The notes beneath the pieces were generated by a model, which was not told the origin of the DNA, did not search any database, and worked only from the letters and a program-made list of their open reading frames with translations. DNA of 64,000 nt from a virus (lineage: Duplodnaviria; Heunggongvirae; Uroviricota; Caudoviricetes): the IMG/VR virus record IMGVR_UViG_3300029305_003072; one strand, written 5' to 3'. Position 1 is the stretch's first letter, and every line of letters starts with the position of its first letter. The translations under genes and the position numbers were made by a program. Positions 40,910 through 49,546 of this stretch are shown here, piece after piece.

Positions 40910-41082
40910 TGGTGGATACTCGAGGACTCGAACCTCGCTTTTTTCATGTAGCCTTCTGGAGAGACCCCATCCACGCTACACCGGTTTCGCGCACGCAAGG
41001 CGACAGTGGGCATTTATCTCCACATCGCAGTTTTTACTTCCATACTACTTACATTACTTATCCTCCCCGTGAGGAGCTATCC
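40910..41082 (-). ncRNA. 173-nt tRNA-like RNA ending in T-arm + acceptor + CCA
   Basis: 3' CGAGG-TTCGAGT-CCTCG-AGTATCC-A-CCA; 5' GGATA(G)CT pairs with it; no normal D or anticodon arms. Confidence 0.5.
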
Positions 41083-41159
41083 TGGTCCGCCCTCAGGGAT
41101 TCGAACCCTGGACACCCTGATTAAGAGTCAGGTGCTCTGGCCAGCTGAGCTAAGGGCGG
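41083..41159 (-). tRNA. tRNA-Lys(CTT)
   Basis: Canonical cloverleaf. Confidence 0.95.
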
Positions 41160-41774
41160 ATATTGAAGGTGAGGGGCCTATCGGTCGGTCGTAACTGCTA
41201 CCACCAGACTTCCGCTACGAGGGTTACCCTCAAAATGGAGCTTATTCTCTTGTTCTTCGCCCAAGAAGCAATGGTAGATTGTCTCGGACTTCTCAAGAGG
41301 AGAGTTTTCACATTTCCTTTACCTTACATATATATTATATCATATTTTTTTATAAAAATCAAAAAAGATTTTTGGATTAGAAAAAACAATGATTAAGGCT
41401 AATTTTAGGGCTTAGGTCGTGTCAGATTTCCTGTTACACGATTGCCACTTAGTCCCTACTGTAAAACCTTAATCGTACCCTCAGTATGAGGCGGTCTTGA
41501 GGAATTTCTCCCAGTGCACAAGGCAAGACCGGTTTAGATGGGATGCGGGGCGTACTATTCTTCGCACATAGTACCCCCGCTGTGTCGCTTTCTTTATTAG
41601 GAACTTAACGACAGAATTCCTCTTTCTTGATTGGCCTAACCAAGAAATCCGTTGCTCTTTAAGATTCTCCAACGACTGAACTACGAGATGCTTGCGCACT
41701 ATGCTACTTAGGCCCTTTCACATAGATTGCCATTTACCGTCAGCGATGCCAATGAACTTTCTCACACTTGACCC

Positions 41775-41853
41775 TGGTGCGCCGCCTGGGATTCGAACCC
41801 AGGACACCCGCCTTAAAAGGGCGGTGCTCTGAAACCTGCTGAGCTAGCGGCGC
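41775..41853 (-). tRNA. tRNA-Lys(TTT)
   Basis: Canonical cloverleaf. Confidence 0.95.
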
Positions 41854-41900
41854 ATATAAAGAGAAAAATTGGGTGAGGGCACGAATGCCCTACACCCTGC

Positions 41901-41992
41901 AAGGCACTAATAACTTATGTAAAGGCTTTGCATATTTTAATTCATCTAAAATTAGTAAATTCTTTTATAAGGTTATTTGCTGAATGTGCCTT
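41901..41992 (-). ncRNA. CAGCAA-clamp RNA copy 1 (AT-rich cargo)
   Basis: AAGGCAC-ATTCAGCAAAT...GTGCCTT. Confidence 0.75.
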
Positions 41993-42162
41993 ATTAAATA
42001 TTATGTCCGATTTAGCACTCCCCGGCCCCATATGCGATGATAAGTGTCGAGAGCCTCAACACATATGGGGCAGATGGGGAGCTGCTAAGCCGGTAAAGAT
42101 TAGTTTGAGTTTAAACCATTCTTCTTTCTTAAGTAAATCTATTATTGTAGATGTTTCATCAT

Positions 42163-42225
42163 AGAGCTACCGAAGTAGCGACAAGCTGTACTTGAAAGTA
42201 CAATTTAGATTTGCTGTATGGCTCT
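42163..42225 (-). ncRNA. CAGCAA-clamp RNA copy 2 (variant)
   Basis: AGAGC-C-ATACAGCAAAT...GCTCT with two internal hairpins. Confidence 0.55.
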
Positions 42226-42303
42226 CAGTATGAAGTTCTCAATCAATAACTACAACTCCGATAGACCTACGATTCTAACGGCCTCGTTTGTATTGATTGA
42301 AAA

Positions 42304-42378
42304 TGGAGCGGGTAACGGGAATCGAACCCGTCTATCCTGCTTGGAAGGCAGGCGCACTAGCCGATGTACTACACCCGC
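42304..42378 (-). tRNA. tRNA-Gly(TCC)
   Basis: Canonical cloverleaf. Confidence 0.95.
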
Positions 42379-42504
42379 AGAAAAGGTGGACTAACGAGGG
42401 GGTGTCAGCCCACCCGAGAAGATAGGAACTTTAAAGAAAGGGGAGAAGATTTTTTCTTTATTTCCTGTAAGTATATTATACAAAAATTTTTTGAAAAAAT
42501 CAAC

Positions 42505-42807
42505 TTATTTTCTTAGAAACCAACGACAGTATTCTTGATACGCTTCGTCTCGGTTTGGGTACGGATGTCCGCATCCCTTACGCCATCTGTGCCAGCTTTT
42601 GAGAAGACTATCCCAGTATTGCTCAAATGATATGCCGACTGTTTCGTAGTCGCAGATATTCCAACTACAAGTTACCTTTTTATAGGTCTTGTTGTTTAAG
42701 GGAAGCTCCTCGATGGGAAGCCGCCGCACTCGACGATTTGCGTATTTTTTGAAGAACTTATCTTTGGTGTCTCCGCTGCGCGGAGTGTGCTTGTAAGAGC
42801 GACTCAT
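42505..42807 (-). CDS. Small basic hypothetical protein
   Basis: AAAGGAGG RBS; Arg/Lys-rich ORF. Confidence 0.7.
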   Translation of the reverse strand: MSRSYKHTPRSGDTKDKFFKKYANRRVRRLPIEELPLNNKTYKKVTCSWNICDYETVGISFEQYWDSLLKSWHRWRKGCGHPYPNRDEAYQEYCRWFLRK

Positions 42808-42881
42808 TTTTCTAACCTCCTTTTGGATAGTTAGAAGATAATCACCTTGTACATTGGAATCAGTCCTTTCATTTAAGGTTG

Positions 42882-42968
42882 TGGTCCCGGTGACCGGACT
42901 CGAACCGGTACGGTGTCACCACCGAGGGATTTTAAGTCCCTTGTGTCTGCCAATTCCACCACACCGGG
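42882..42968 (-). tRNA. tRNA-Leu(TAA)
   Basis: Class II cloverleaf. Confidence 0.95.
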
Positions 42969-43000
42969 ATGTTTTCACTTCGTGAAAACGAAGTTTTCAC

Positions 43001-43091
43001 AAGGCTCGTCATTCACATCTGTAATATCTTGGAAGGATATATAATTTTCTATTTCTTTTAGAAAGTGTGTATGATTTGCTGTAAGAGCCTT
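43001..43091 (-). ncRNA. CAGCAA-clamp RNA copy 3 carrying a Gly(TCC) anticodon stem-loop
   Basis: AAGGCTC-TTACAGCAAAT...ATATC-CTTCCAA-GATAT...GAGCCTT, directly after a promoter. Confidence 0.8.
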
Positions 43092-43148
43092 TTTTATCTT
43101 ACATATATATTATATCAAAAATTTTTATAAAAATCAATTTTCGATACT

Positions 43149-43245
43149 TGGCTGGGGTGGAGGGATTCGAACCCCCACATCACGGGTCAGAGCCGTGCTT
43201 CCTGGAGTTTTAGAGACTCTTTTCTTACCATTAGAATACACCCCA
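43149..43245 (-). tRNA. 97-nt Gln-type tRNA with two anticodon arms (CUA and CUG)
   Basis: TGGGGTG..D-arm..GAGT-CTCTAAA-ACTC..CACGG-CTCTGAC-CCGTG..T-arm..CACCCCA-G-CCA. Confidence 0.8.
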
Positions 43246-43320
43246 TGGCGGGGGCGGTCAGAATCGAACTGACATCTGCGATTTTAGAGACCGCGGTCCT
43301 AACCTTTGAACGACACCCCA
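43246..43320 (-). tRNA. Amber suppressor tRNA(CUA), Gln-type
   Basis: GCGGT-CT-CTA-AA-ATCGC; U1, G73 and TGGGGTG acceptor resemble the Gln tRNAs in this window. Confidence 0.93.
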
Positions 43321-43323
43321 ATA

Positions 43324-43731
43324 TCATTCTTCAGCCTGGAATTCAGATAAGGGTAAGCTAAATACTTCAAATTCAGTATATTTATTCCCAACTGTGATTG
43401 TATTAGTAGCAGAAATTGCTTCACAAGGAATTAAATAAGTTTTATCATTCCCTGTTACAATAAATACATAATCACAAGAAGTGTTATCAAATGGTCGAAT
43501 TTTAGAGCCTTTACTGGTACCCCCACAGTTTTTTAACATTACTTCATAGGAAATACCATTTCTACTATATCGACTGGTTTTAACTTGAACTCTCTACAAG
43601 CCACCATTAAAATCAGCAATTAAATCATATTTTTGAGTATCATTAAGCGGAATCGCAACTGTGATACCATGACTGGTAAAATATTCAACGGCTTTACCAA
43701 AACCTAAATTTCCCTAAATTGACTAATACAT
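43324..43731 (-). CDS. PD-(D/E)XK free-standing endonuclease with 3 in-frame TAGs
   Basis: MY-Q-SI-Q-GNLGFGKAVEYF..IPLNDTQKYDLIADFNGGL-Q-RVQVKTS. TAGs at 43723, 43714 and 43594. Paralogous to 46242 and 53993. Confidence 0.85.
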
Positions 43732-43784
43732 ACTTATTCTCCTTTACAATAACTTGTTTTTTCGATAACTCGAACGGAAAACAC

Positions 43785-43979
43785 AAGACACGCATAAAAA
43801 ATGTTTAACGGCGCTCTACCAGCTGAGCTACTCCCCTATATTCAGGGAACCGAAGTTCCCCTAGTAGTTCACCTACGCCACCTTGCCAGGTGAACTGGCA
43901 GGGGAGGAAGGGACTCGAACCCACGACATCCGGCTTGGAAGGCTTAATTTTTTATAGTAGAATTTGCTGAAAGTGTCTT
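43785..43979 (-). ncRNA. CAGCAA-clamp RNA copy 4: circularly permuted tRNA (anticodon TCC)
   Basis: 3' half (43943-43896, ending GCCA) precedes 5' half (43837-43809), enclosed by AAGACAC/GTGTCTT. Confidence 0.85.
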
Positions 43980-44009
43980 TTTTCTTATATTATTATTATA
44001 GCAAAAATT

Positions 44010-44204
44010 TTATGAATTGTCAAGGAATCGCTTCTCGTCTCGGGCGATTTTTCTTTTAGTCCGTTGTTGCTCATAAATATAGGTTTTTAATCTTTTACAT
44101 CCAGAACAACCATTTCGATTTGGACAATCCCAACAACCATCTGTGTCATACCAATAGTACCAAGGTGGCTGAGGACGCGGCTTACGGCGTTTAGCACGAT
44201 TCAT
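44010..44204 (-). CDS. Small Cys-rich basic protein
   Basis: CWDCPNRNGCSGCK. Confidence 0.55.
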   Translation of the reverse strand: MNRAKRRKPRPQPPWYYWYDTDGCWDCPNRNGCSGCKRLKTYIYEQQRTKRKIARDEKRFLDNS

Positions 44205-44517
44205 ATTTACAACGATTAGGACGCCAAATGCGTCCAACATATTCCATTTCTTCTTCATCCATAGCCAAGAGTCTACGCAATTCAGAAGCCTTGTAATTCA
44301 AATTGCGATTGTAATTACCGGCTTTATGTCTGCGGTGACCCTTGTTACGAGTCTTTGTAGAGCAACAAGGACAAGAACAATGGATTTTATTTTTAGAAAA
44401 CTGATGAAGGTTATCGTAATACTCCCACTCGGGATTCCAACGGTAAATCTCCCTTGCAAGGCGTCTTTTACGAAGTGCCTTTCTAATAGATACATCACGA
44501 TTATATGCACCAATCAT
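44191..44517 (-). CDS. Small basic protein with CSCPCC motif
   Basis: RBS AAAGGATG; Arg/Lys-rich. Confidence 0.65.
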   Translation of the reverse strand: MIGAYNRDVSIRKALRKRRLAREIYRWNPEWEYYDNLHQFSKNKIHCSCPCCSTKTRNKGHRRHKAGNYNRNLNYKASELRRLLAMDEEEMEYVGRIWRPNRCKYESC

Positions 44518-44545
44518 AACACATCATCCTTTCTATTTAATTTTA

Positions 44546-44625
44546 GGCTCACTCGGCTCTGGCGGGTAGCACAGCGCAACTCTCCCGTTCCGGAACGAAG
44601 TGTTTTTCTCTTAAACTACGAGTGA
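44546..44625 (-). ncRNA. tRNA-like element with perfect acceptor and D-arm but degenerate T-arm
   Basis: TCACTCG/CGAGTGA-G-CC; D-arm GTTT/AAAC. Confidence 0.45.
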
Positions 44626-44713
44626 TGGCGGAGGCTCTGGGATTCGAACCCAGGGACCCTCGCGGGCCGGCAGTTTTCAAGACTGCTGCCTTAAACCACT
44701 CGGCCAAACCTCC
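44626..44713 (-). tRNA. tRNA-Ser(TGA)
   Basis: Class II cloverleaf. Confidence 0.95.
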
Positions 44714-44757
44714 ATATCGGGAGCATATGCTCCCATTGAATCGTAAGAGCTTAGCTC

Positions 44758-45120
44758 TTACATAGTTGCCAGAATATTAGCAACGTCAGCCTGGGCTTCA
44801 GCCAGTTCTGCAGTGGCATCAGTATGGTATGCGGTCATATCGGTCACATACTTCTGAGCCATAGCCAGCTGGTCCTGTGCCTTCTTCAACAGGCGGGCCG
44901 CACGAGCCTTACGCTTCTTGGCAATCTTTTCTGCGCAACGAGCAACAGCCAGCTTAACACCCTTATCTTCATCATAGGTATCGTTCAGATGGCAAATAGC
45001 CTTACCCTTAACGGTCTCACCAGCATAAGTGCTTCGTGCCAGAATTTCAGTAGTGTGGTAGTCAGGATGTTGATGAACCACAATCTGATACTTCTCAATA
45101 GGATATCTCATTTCATTCAC
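44758..45120 (-). CDS. Hypothetical protein
   Basis: ORF with RBS. Confidence 0.7.
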   Translation of the reverse strand: MNEMRYPIEKYQIVVHQHPDYHTTEILARSTYAGETVKGKAICHLNDTYDEDKGVKLAVARCAEKIAKKRKARAARLLKKAQDQLAMAQKYVTDMTAYHTDATAELAEAQADVANILATM

Positions 45121-45154
45121 CTTTTACTCTTTAATATATTTTTCCTTTTGGAAA

Positions 45155-45230
45155 TGGAGCCGGTAGACGGACTCGAACCCCCGACCTGCTCATTACAAGT
45201 GAGCTACTCTACCAACTGAGCTATACCGGC
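45155..45230 (-). tRNA. tRNA-Thr(TGT)
   Basis: Canonical cloverleaf. Confidence 0.95.
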
Positions 45231-45236
45231 ATACTC

Positions 45237-45303
45237 AAGACTCTTTTTTCTGGTCTGACAATTTAAAAGATTGTTCCAAAATTAAATTTGCTGTATGAGT
45301 CTT
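45237..45303 (-). ncRNA. CAGCAA-clamp RNA copy 5 carrying a Lys(TTT) anticodon stem-loop
   Basis: AAGACTC-ATACAGCAAAT...ACAAT-CTTTTAA-ATTGT...GAGTCTT, after a promoter. Confidence 0.82.
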
Positions 45304-46146
45304 ATTTTTTTTATCTTTATCTTATGTATATATTATACAAAAATTTTTTTTCAAAGTCAAAGAGTAGAAAAAATCCCGTATTAGAGTCAAGTCAAACCTA
45401 CTTTGTACGCGCTGAAACATCTCTTGGTCTCGCCGCACACTACCAACCTCTCCCGTTCCACCTACCCATATAATCTGTAAGCTAAATGGGGCAGTACTAG
45501 GGCCTCTTACCATCGGTTATCATATTTTCTAATACGGAATTTTCCACTTAAAATCAATCTTTTCGCTTTTCATCGCATTACCTCAGTATTGGGCTATTTC
45601 ACCGAGCGCTACTTCAATCAATAATAAGATTTTTAATACATTTAATCATATAACAGTTGCGAGTCTGCATTCAATTATCGTTACCCAATCTCACCTATCC
45701 ATTTCGCGATAGGGGCGCCTGGACTTAATCTTCGTATCCTATAACTCGACTTAGTTTATACTCCAGGGACCTAATAGCAGAGGGAAGAAGTATTTACATT
45801 ACAGACCGTAGACCGTAAAGAAAAGTTCTTCATATCAATAATACAACTACTACCATTTGACTTTTAGGTCAAACACGAAGGGAAAAGTCAACAAAAAACC
45901 TACCATATTAACGCATATGGAGCGTCAAACTAAATATCTGATACGTGTCAGCACGGGTCGGGATATATCGTTTCACCACAGTCACCAGGGGGAGTAACCT
46001 TATTTAGTCCAAATACCACCAGAAACCTTCAGCCATAGGAGCAGTTTCCACGTTTTACCCTACGAGGACTTTGGGAATGAAAGGATGCCCCGCCTATATT
46101 CGCAGCGAATGGTATTCATTTTAATTTTTGAATGCTTCGCATTCAA

Positions 46147-46233
46147 TGGTGGGCCAGGTAGGACTCGAACCTACAACCGCATTAAGCACCTGATTTACAG
46201 TCAGGGGTGATACCAGTTACACTGTACTGACCC
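46147..46233 (-). tRNA. tRNA-Tyr(GTA)
   Basis: CCTGA-CTGTAAA-TCAGG; long variable arm. Confidence 0.9.
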
Positions 46234-46241
46234 ATATGGTA

Positions 46242-46649
46242 TTAAATAGACACCATATATTGATAAGTTTGAAAACCTTGTCCATTGGCAGATTTTTGAG
46301 TGCGGAGAGTAATTTGTTTACTCACTCCATAATCTCGCAAATCTTGAACTGGAATGACATACATATGCATTTCCCCATCTAAACAGAATAAATAATCAAC
46401 AGGGTGGTTTAATATAGTATCATACACACTACCTTTTGTACCACCAGTGCTTTTAATTGAAACACTATTATCAGCACTACCAGTTGCTTTACATTGAACT
46501 GTTTTAAATACGCCATCTTTTTCAATGACTAAATCATACCATTGAGTATCGTTTAGAGGGACATTAATTGTATATCCATTGGCTCCAAAATAGGCGATTG
46601 CCATCGCCATGCCTGCGCGACCTTTATCACGATTTGTTTCAAATAACAT
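46242..46649 (-). CDS. PD-(D/E)XK free-standing endonuclease
   Basis: KGRAG..IAYF..PLNDTQWYDLVIE...VQCKAT. Confidence 0.8.
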   Translation of the reverse strand: MLFETNRDKGRAGMAMAIAYFGANGYTINVPLNDTQWYDLVIEKDGVFKTVQCKATGSADNSVSIKSTGGTKGSVYDTILNHPVDYLFCLDGEMHMYVIPVQDLRDYGVSKQITLRTQKSANGQGFQTYQYMVSI

Positions 46650-46984
46650 AGTAAAATCTCCTTTTCTTTTAGCTTCTACTATATTTCAAAACTAAATCAT
46701 ATAAATTAATCAACGCCGGCCACGGTGTCTGCCGAAATATAAATGCCTTGTCAAATATACATCCAACCTCAATTTTGACAGCCTACCGACGCAGATAATT
46801 ACTCGAGTTTAACCTACGATGCTTGGATGTTTCCATGCCTACCTTGAAAACGGGTCCGGTGCAGGCACCGGTCCTTGGAAGCTAGATAGGTTATGCCAGG
46901 ACTTTAGCGATAGCTTTGTTCAATCAAAAAAAGTTATTTATACGCAGTAGCGGCTAACTCTACTACAACAATAACCTTGGGCCG

Positions 46985-47123
46985 TGGTGAGCCGCCTTGG
47001 ACTTGAACCAAGATGCCAACTAAGGCGCCGGATTTTAAGTCCGATTTTACTTGCTGTTAGCGTTTTAGACCAAGACACTATTTCATTCCGGTCCGGTGCG
47101 TCTACCAATTCCGCCAACGGCTC
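46985..47123 (-). tRNA. tRNA-Leu(TAA) interrupted by an approximately 52-nt CAGCAA-type insert (copy 6)
   Basis: Insert 47042-47093 in the 5' anticodon strand contains GTGTCTT-loop-AAAACGC-TAACAGCAA. Confidence 0.85.
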
Positions 47124-47194
47124 ATATTTAGAATCTTGAAAAGTTTGCTGACCTTCGCCATACACTCTGTTTAACCTTCACCTATATTCAACCA

Positions 47195-47945
47195 ATGGGG
47201 AGACACGGTCTGAGCTTCGGGGAGCGACCCCTAACTTCCGGCCCCAGTCTTTCGACCAAGTCCCATGCAGGAATGATTGCCTGCAACTTTCACCCGCCAT
47301 TCAGAAATATTTGATAATAACCAACTAAATCATCAAGCATTAATGTTCTTTGCGATTGGGCTACTCGTACCACAACCTCGTCTTATAGGCCGGTCACCCG
47401 GTCATCAACGCAAACTTCCTTATTGGTCTACCATGGTTTGGTACAGTCACCAGCTAAACCCTAACATGGCTTATTCCCCACAGGGGCGTCTATTGCGGAA
47501 GCGACGAGACAGTGTTTTTAGATGCGGTTATGATTGCACACCCCTCCATCCAGGACCTCAGTTCTGAGGCGGAACTCACGCTTCACAACGCAAGCCCTCT
47601 ACCTATTGCCGGCTATCGTCGACAAAATTATTTCGGACTCCTGGCGCCCGCAGGCAGGATTGGGTTCTCGGCACGATGGGATTCGCTCTTCACCGAGATG
47701 CAAACTTTTCAAGGTTCAAACTGATATTAGTCGAAATCGCAACCACCAGGCTTATTCAGCGGAGGGTTATCAGTTATCGGTTGCTTAAAAAGGTTAAGAT
47801 TTTAGGAGAAACAAGTGTCAAAGAAACAGTCCTTCAACAGACCCTCTTACCGGCCGCCTTATCTTTCTCACTTATCGGCTTAAGCCACGAACCCGGCGCA
47901 CTTGGAATCATCATATATCCTCGAAAGGGAAGTGTACGCTTCTCT
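47195..47945 (-). ncRNA. GOLLD-like large ncRNA (about 750 nt)
   Basis: Non-coding block with its own promoter inside a tRNA array. Segments GGCAATAGGT, GGGTGTGCAA, TGGTGACT, GTAGAC..AAGTTTGC..GACCGGGTGAC.GGCC, GTAGCCCA, TCTGAATG..GGTGAAAGTTG and AAGCTCAGAC match GOLLD as I recall it; not searched. Confidence 0.7.
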
Positions 47946-48172
47946 TAACCTTACATATATATTATATCATATTTTTTTTGAAAAATCAAATTTTTTCTTT
48001 AAAAGGCGGTTTTTGGTCAGGTTGACCGCAAACCTGGGATAGTGTGTTTATACACCAAAGGCATTGTACCAAAGCCGCGGACCACTCTTTAAACGATGGA
48101 CACTTCTAATCCTACGTCCTATCCTTTTTCAGAGGCTTATATACGGTTTCCGTCCGTAATGCTCCTACTTTA

Positions 48173-48248
48173 TGGCTGGGGATAAAGGATTCGAACCTTT
48201 AACCATCAGAGTCAGAGTCTGCCGCGCTACCAATTGCGCCAATCCCCA
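48173..48248 (-). tRNA. tRNA-Gln(CTG)
   Basis: Canonical; U1-A72, G73. Confidence 0.95.
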
Positions 48249-48317
48249 ATATTGCGGTTTTTATTGTCGATAACCGCAAACGACTTCAATTACTTTTCCC
48301 AATCAGCGCCTAGCGCC

Positions 48318-48393
48318 TGGCTGGGGATAGTGGATTCGAACCACTACACACACGGGGTCAAAGCCCGCGGAACTGCCTTTATTCTAATCCCCA
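48318..48393 (-). tRNA. tRNA-Gln(TTG)
   Basis: Canonical; U1-A72, G73. Confidence 0.93.
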
Positions 48394-48400
48394 ATAAAGA

Positions 48401-48793
48401 TTATACAAGATAATCTTCTAATGTCAATCCCATCTTTTCAAAATGATGAAATTCTCGATGGCAATTAGCACATAAACAAACACATTTATCAATTTCTTTT
48501 TGTAGAGTTTCTTCTGAGCCTTTTTTCATTTTTCCAATTGTAAATGATTTTTCATCTGGGTCCATATGATGAAAATCTAAAACATAGGAACGAGTTTCTC
48601 CACATTTGGCACAAACTGTTCGTTGTGCATCAACAAATGCTCGTTTTTCCCAATATCGTTCAGTTTCTCGCTTATTTGCACAAGTTTTACAATAACCACG
48701 ATATTTTTGATTACCTTGTCTATCAAACCCATTTTTATGATATTCGGTGATGGGTTTTTCAACACCACATTTAGAGCAAATTTTAGTTTCCAT
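48401..48793 (-). CDS. HNH homing endonuclease
   Basis: CSKC..CKTC zinc finger; CAKCG..LDFHH...KCVCLCANCHREFH. Confidence 0.88.
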   Translation of the reverse strand: METKICSKCGVEKPITEYHKNGFDRQGNQKYRGYCKTCANKRETERYWEKRAFVDAQRTVCAKCGETRSYVLDFHHMDPDEKSFTIGKMKKGSEETLQKEIDKCVCLCANCHREFHHFEKMGLTLEDYLV

Positions 48794-48879
48794 ATACTCA
48801 ACTCCCTTCACTATATGTGAAAAGCACTGATTATAAATTAACTATTTTTGACTCTTTTCCGCCTAACGAACGGATTTAC

Positions 48880-48987
48880 AAGGCACTTAATTTGTTGCTT
48901 TACCCACTAAGCTATTCTCCAAAAATGGCTGGAAAAATCGGACTCGAACCGACGGTACACAAAAAGTGTGATTGCTGTGTGTGCCTT
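48880..48987 (-). ncRNA. CAGCAA-clamp RNA copy 7: permuted tRNA-like body with reduced anticodon arm
   Basis: AAGGCAC-ACACAGCAAT-ACAC(TTTTT)GTGT-T arm-TTTTCCA-GCCA-TTTT-TGGAGAA-D arm...GTGCCTT. Confidence 0.75.
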
Positions 48988-49163
48988 TATTTATAACTGC
49001 TGATACCACTCATGCAGTTTAGATAGTCTTTCATGAACCTCTTCGGGTTCTAACTGCTTAAAAATTTCAAATTGAGAAGGAACTTGGCATCCAAGAGCAG
49101 CCGCATTTAAGATGTAAGCATATGCCGCAAGAGCATTGCCAATATCCTTTTTTAGTTCTTCAC

Positions 49164-49469
49164 TTACCATACATCCTCCGAAAACAACTGATATGCATTT
49201 AACATATCGGGGTCTGCATTCATCTTCTCCAAGAGGTCGGAATCTGGTAAAATTTGTTTACTACGATAAGCCATCTGTGCGGCATCGTACCGGTCGACAA
49301 ACTGGTCGTCCTCAGTGAGGAAACCCTGGACCGCAGTAGCTTTTTCATATTCAATGCGGAGATTGTACATCATTTCAAGGACATTGCAGTGTCGCTTGCC
49401 GCACATAATTTGAAAATATTCACAGCCTTTTGGCTTAAACTTGATAGCTGCTGCTACTAACTTCGGCAT
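49164..49469 (-). CDS. Hypothetical protein
   Basis: GKRH...QGFLT..FVDR pattern; after promoter. Confidence 0.7.
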   Translation of the reverse strand: MPKLVAAAIKFKPKGCEYFQIMCGKRHCNVLEMMYNLRIEYEKATAVQGFLTEDDQFVDRYDAAQMAYRSKQILPDSDLLEKMNADPDMLNAYQLFSEDVW

Positions 49470-49546
49470 CTTTATCAATTCCTTTCTTTATCTTATGTAT
49501 ATATTATATCATAATTTTTTAAGAAAATCAATAAAGATTTAATTGC

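Noticed and set aside
47042-47093. Group I intron explanation for the tRNA-Leu and tRNA-Met inserts
   Set aside because: The first is 52 nt and the second is almost entirely ORF; no P7 or R/S core sequences are visible.
47135-47160. TCAGCAAAC as a 14th clamp RNA
   Set aside because: There is no partner strand for a closing helix; it is better explained by the inverted repeat with 47700-47717.
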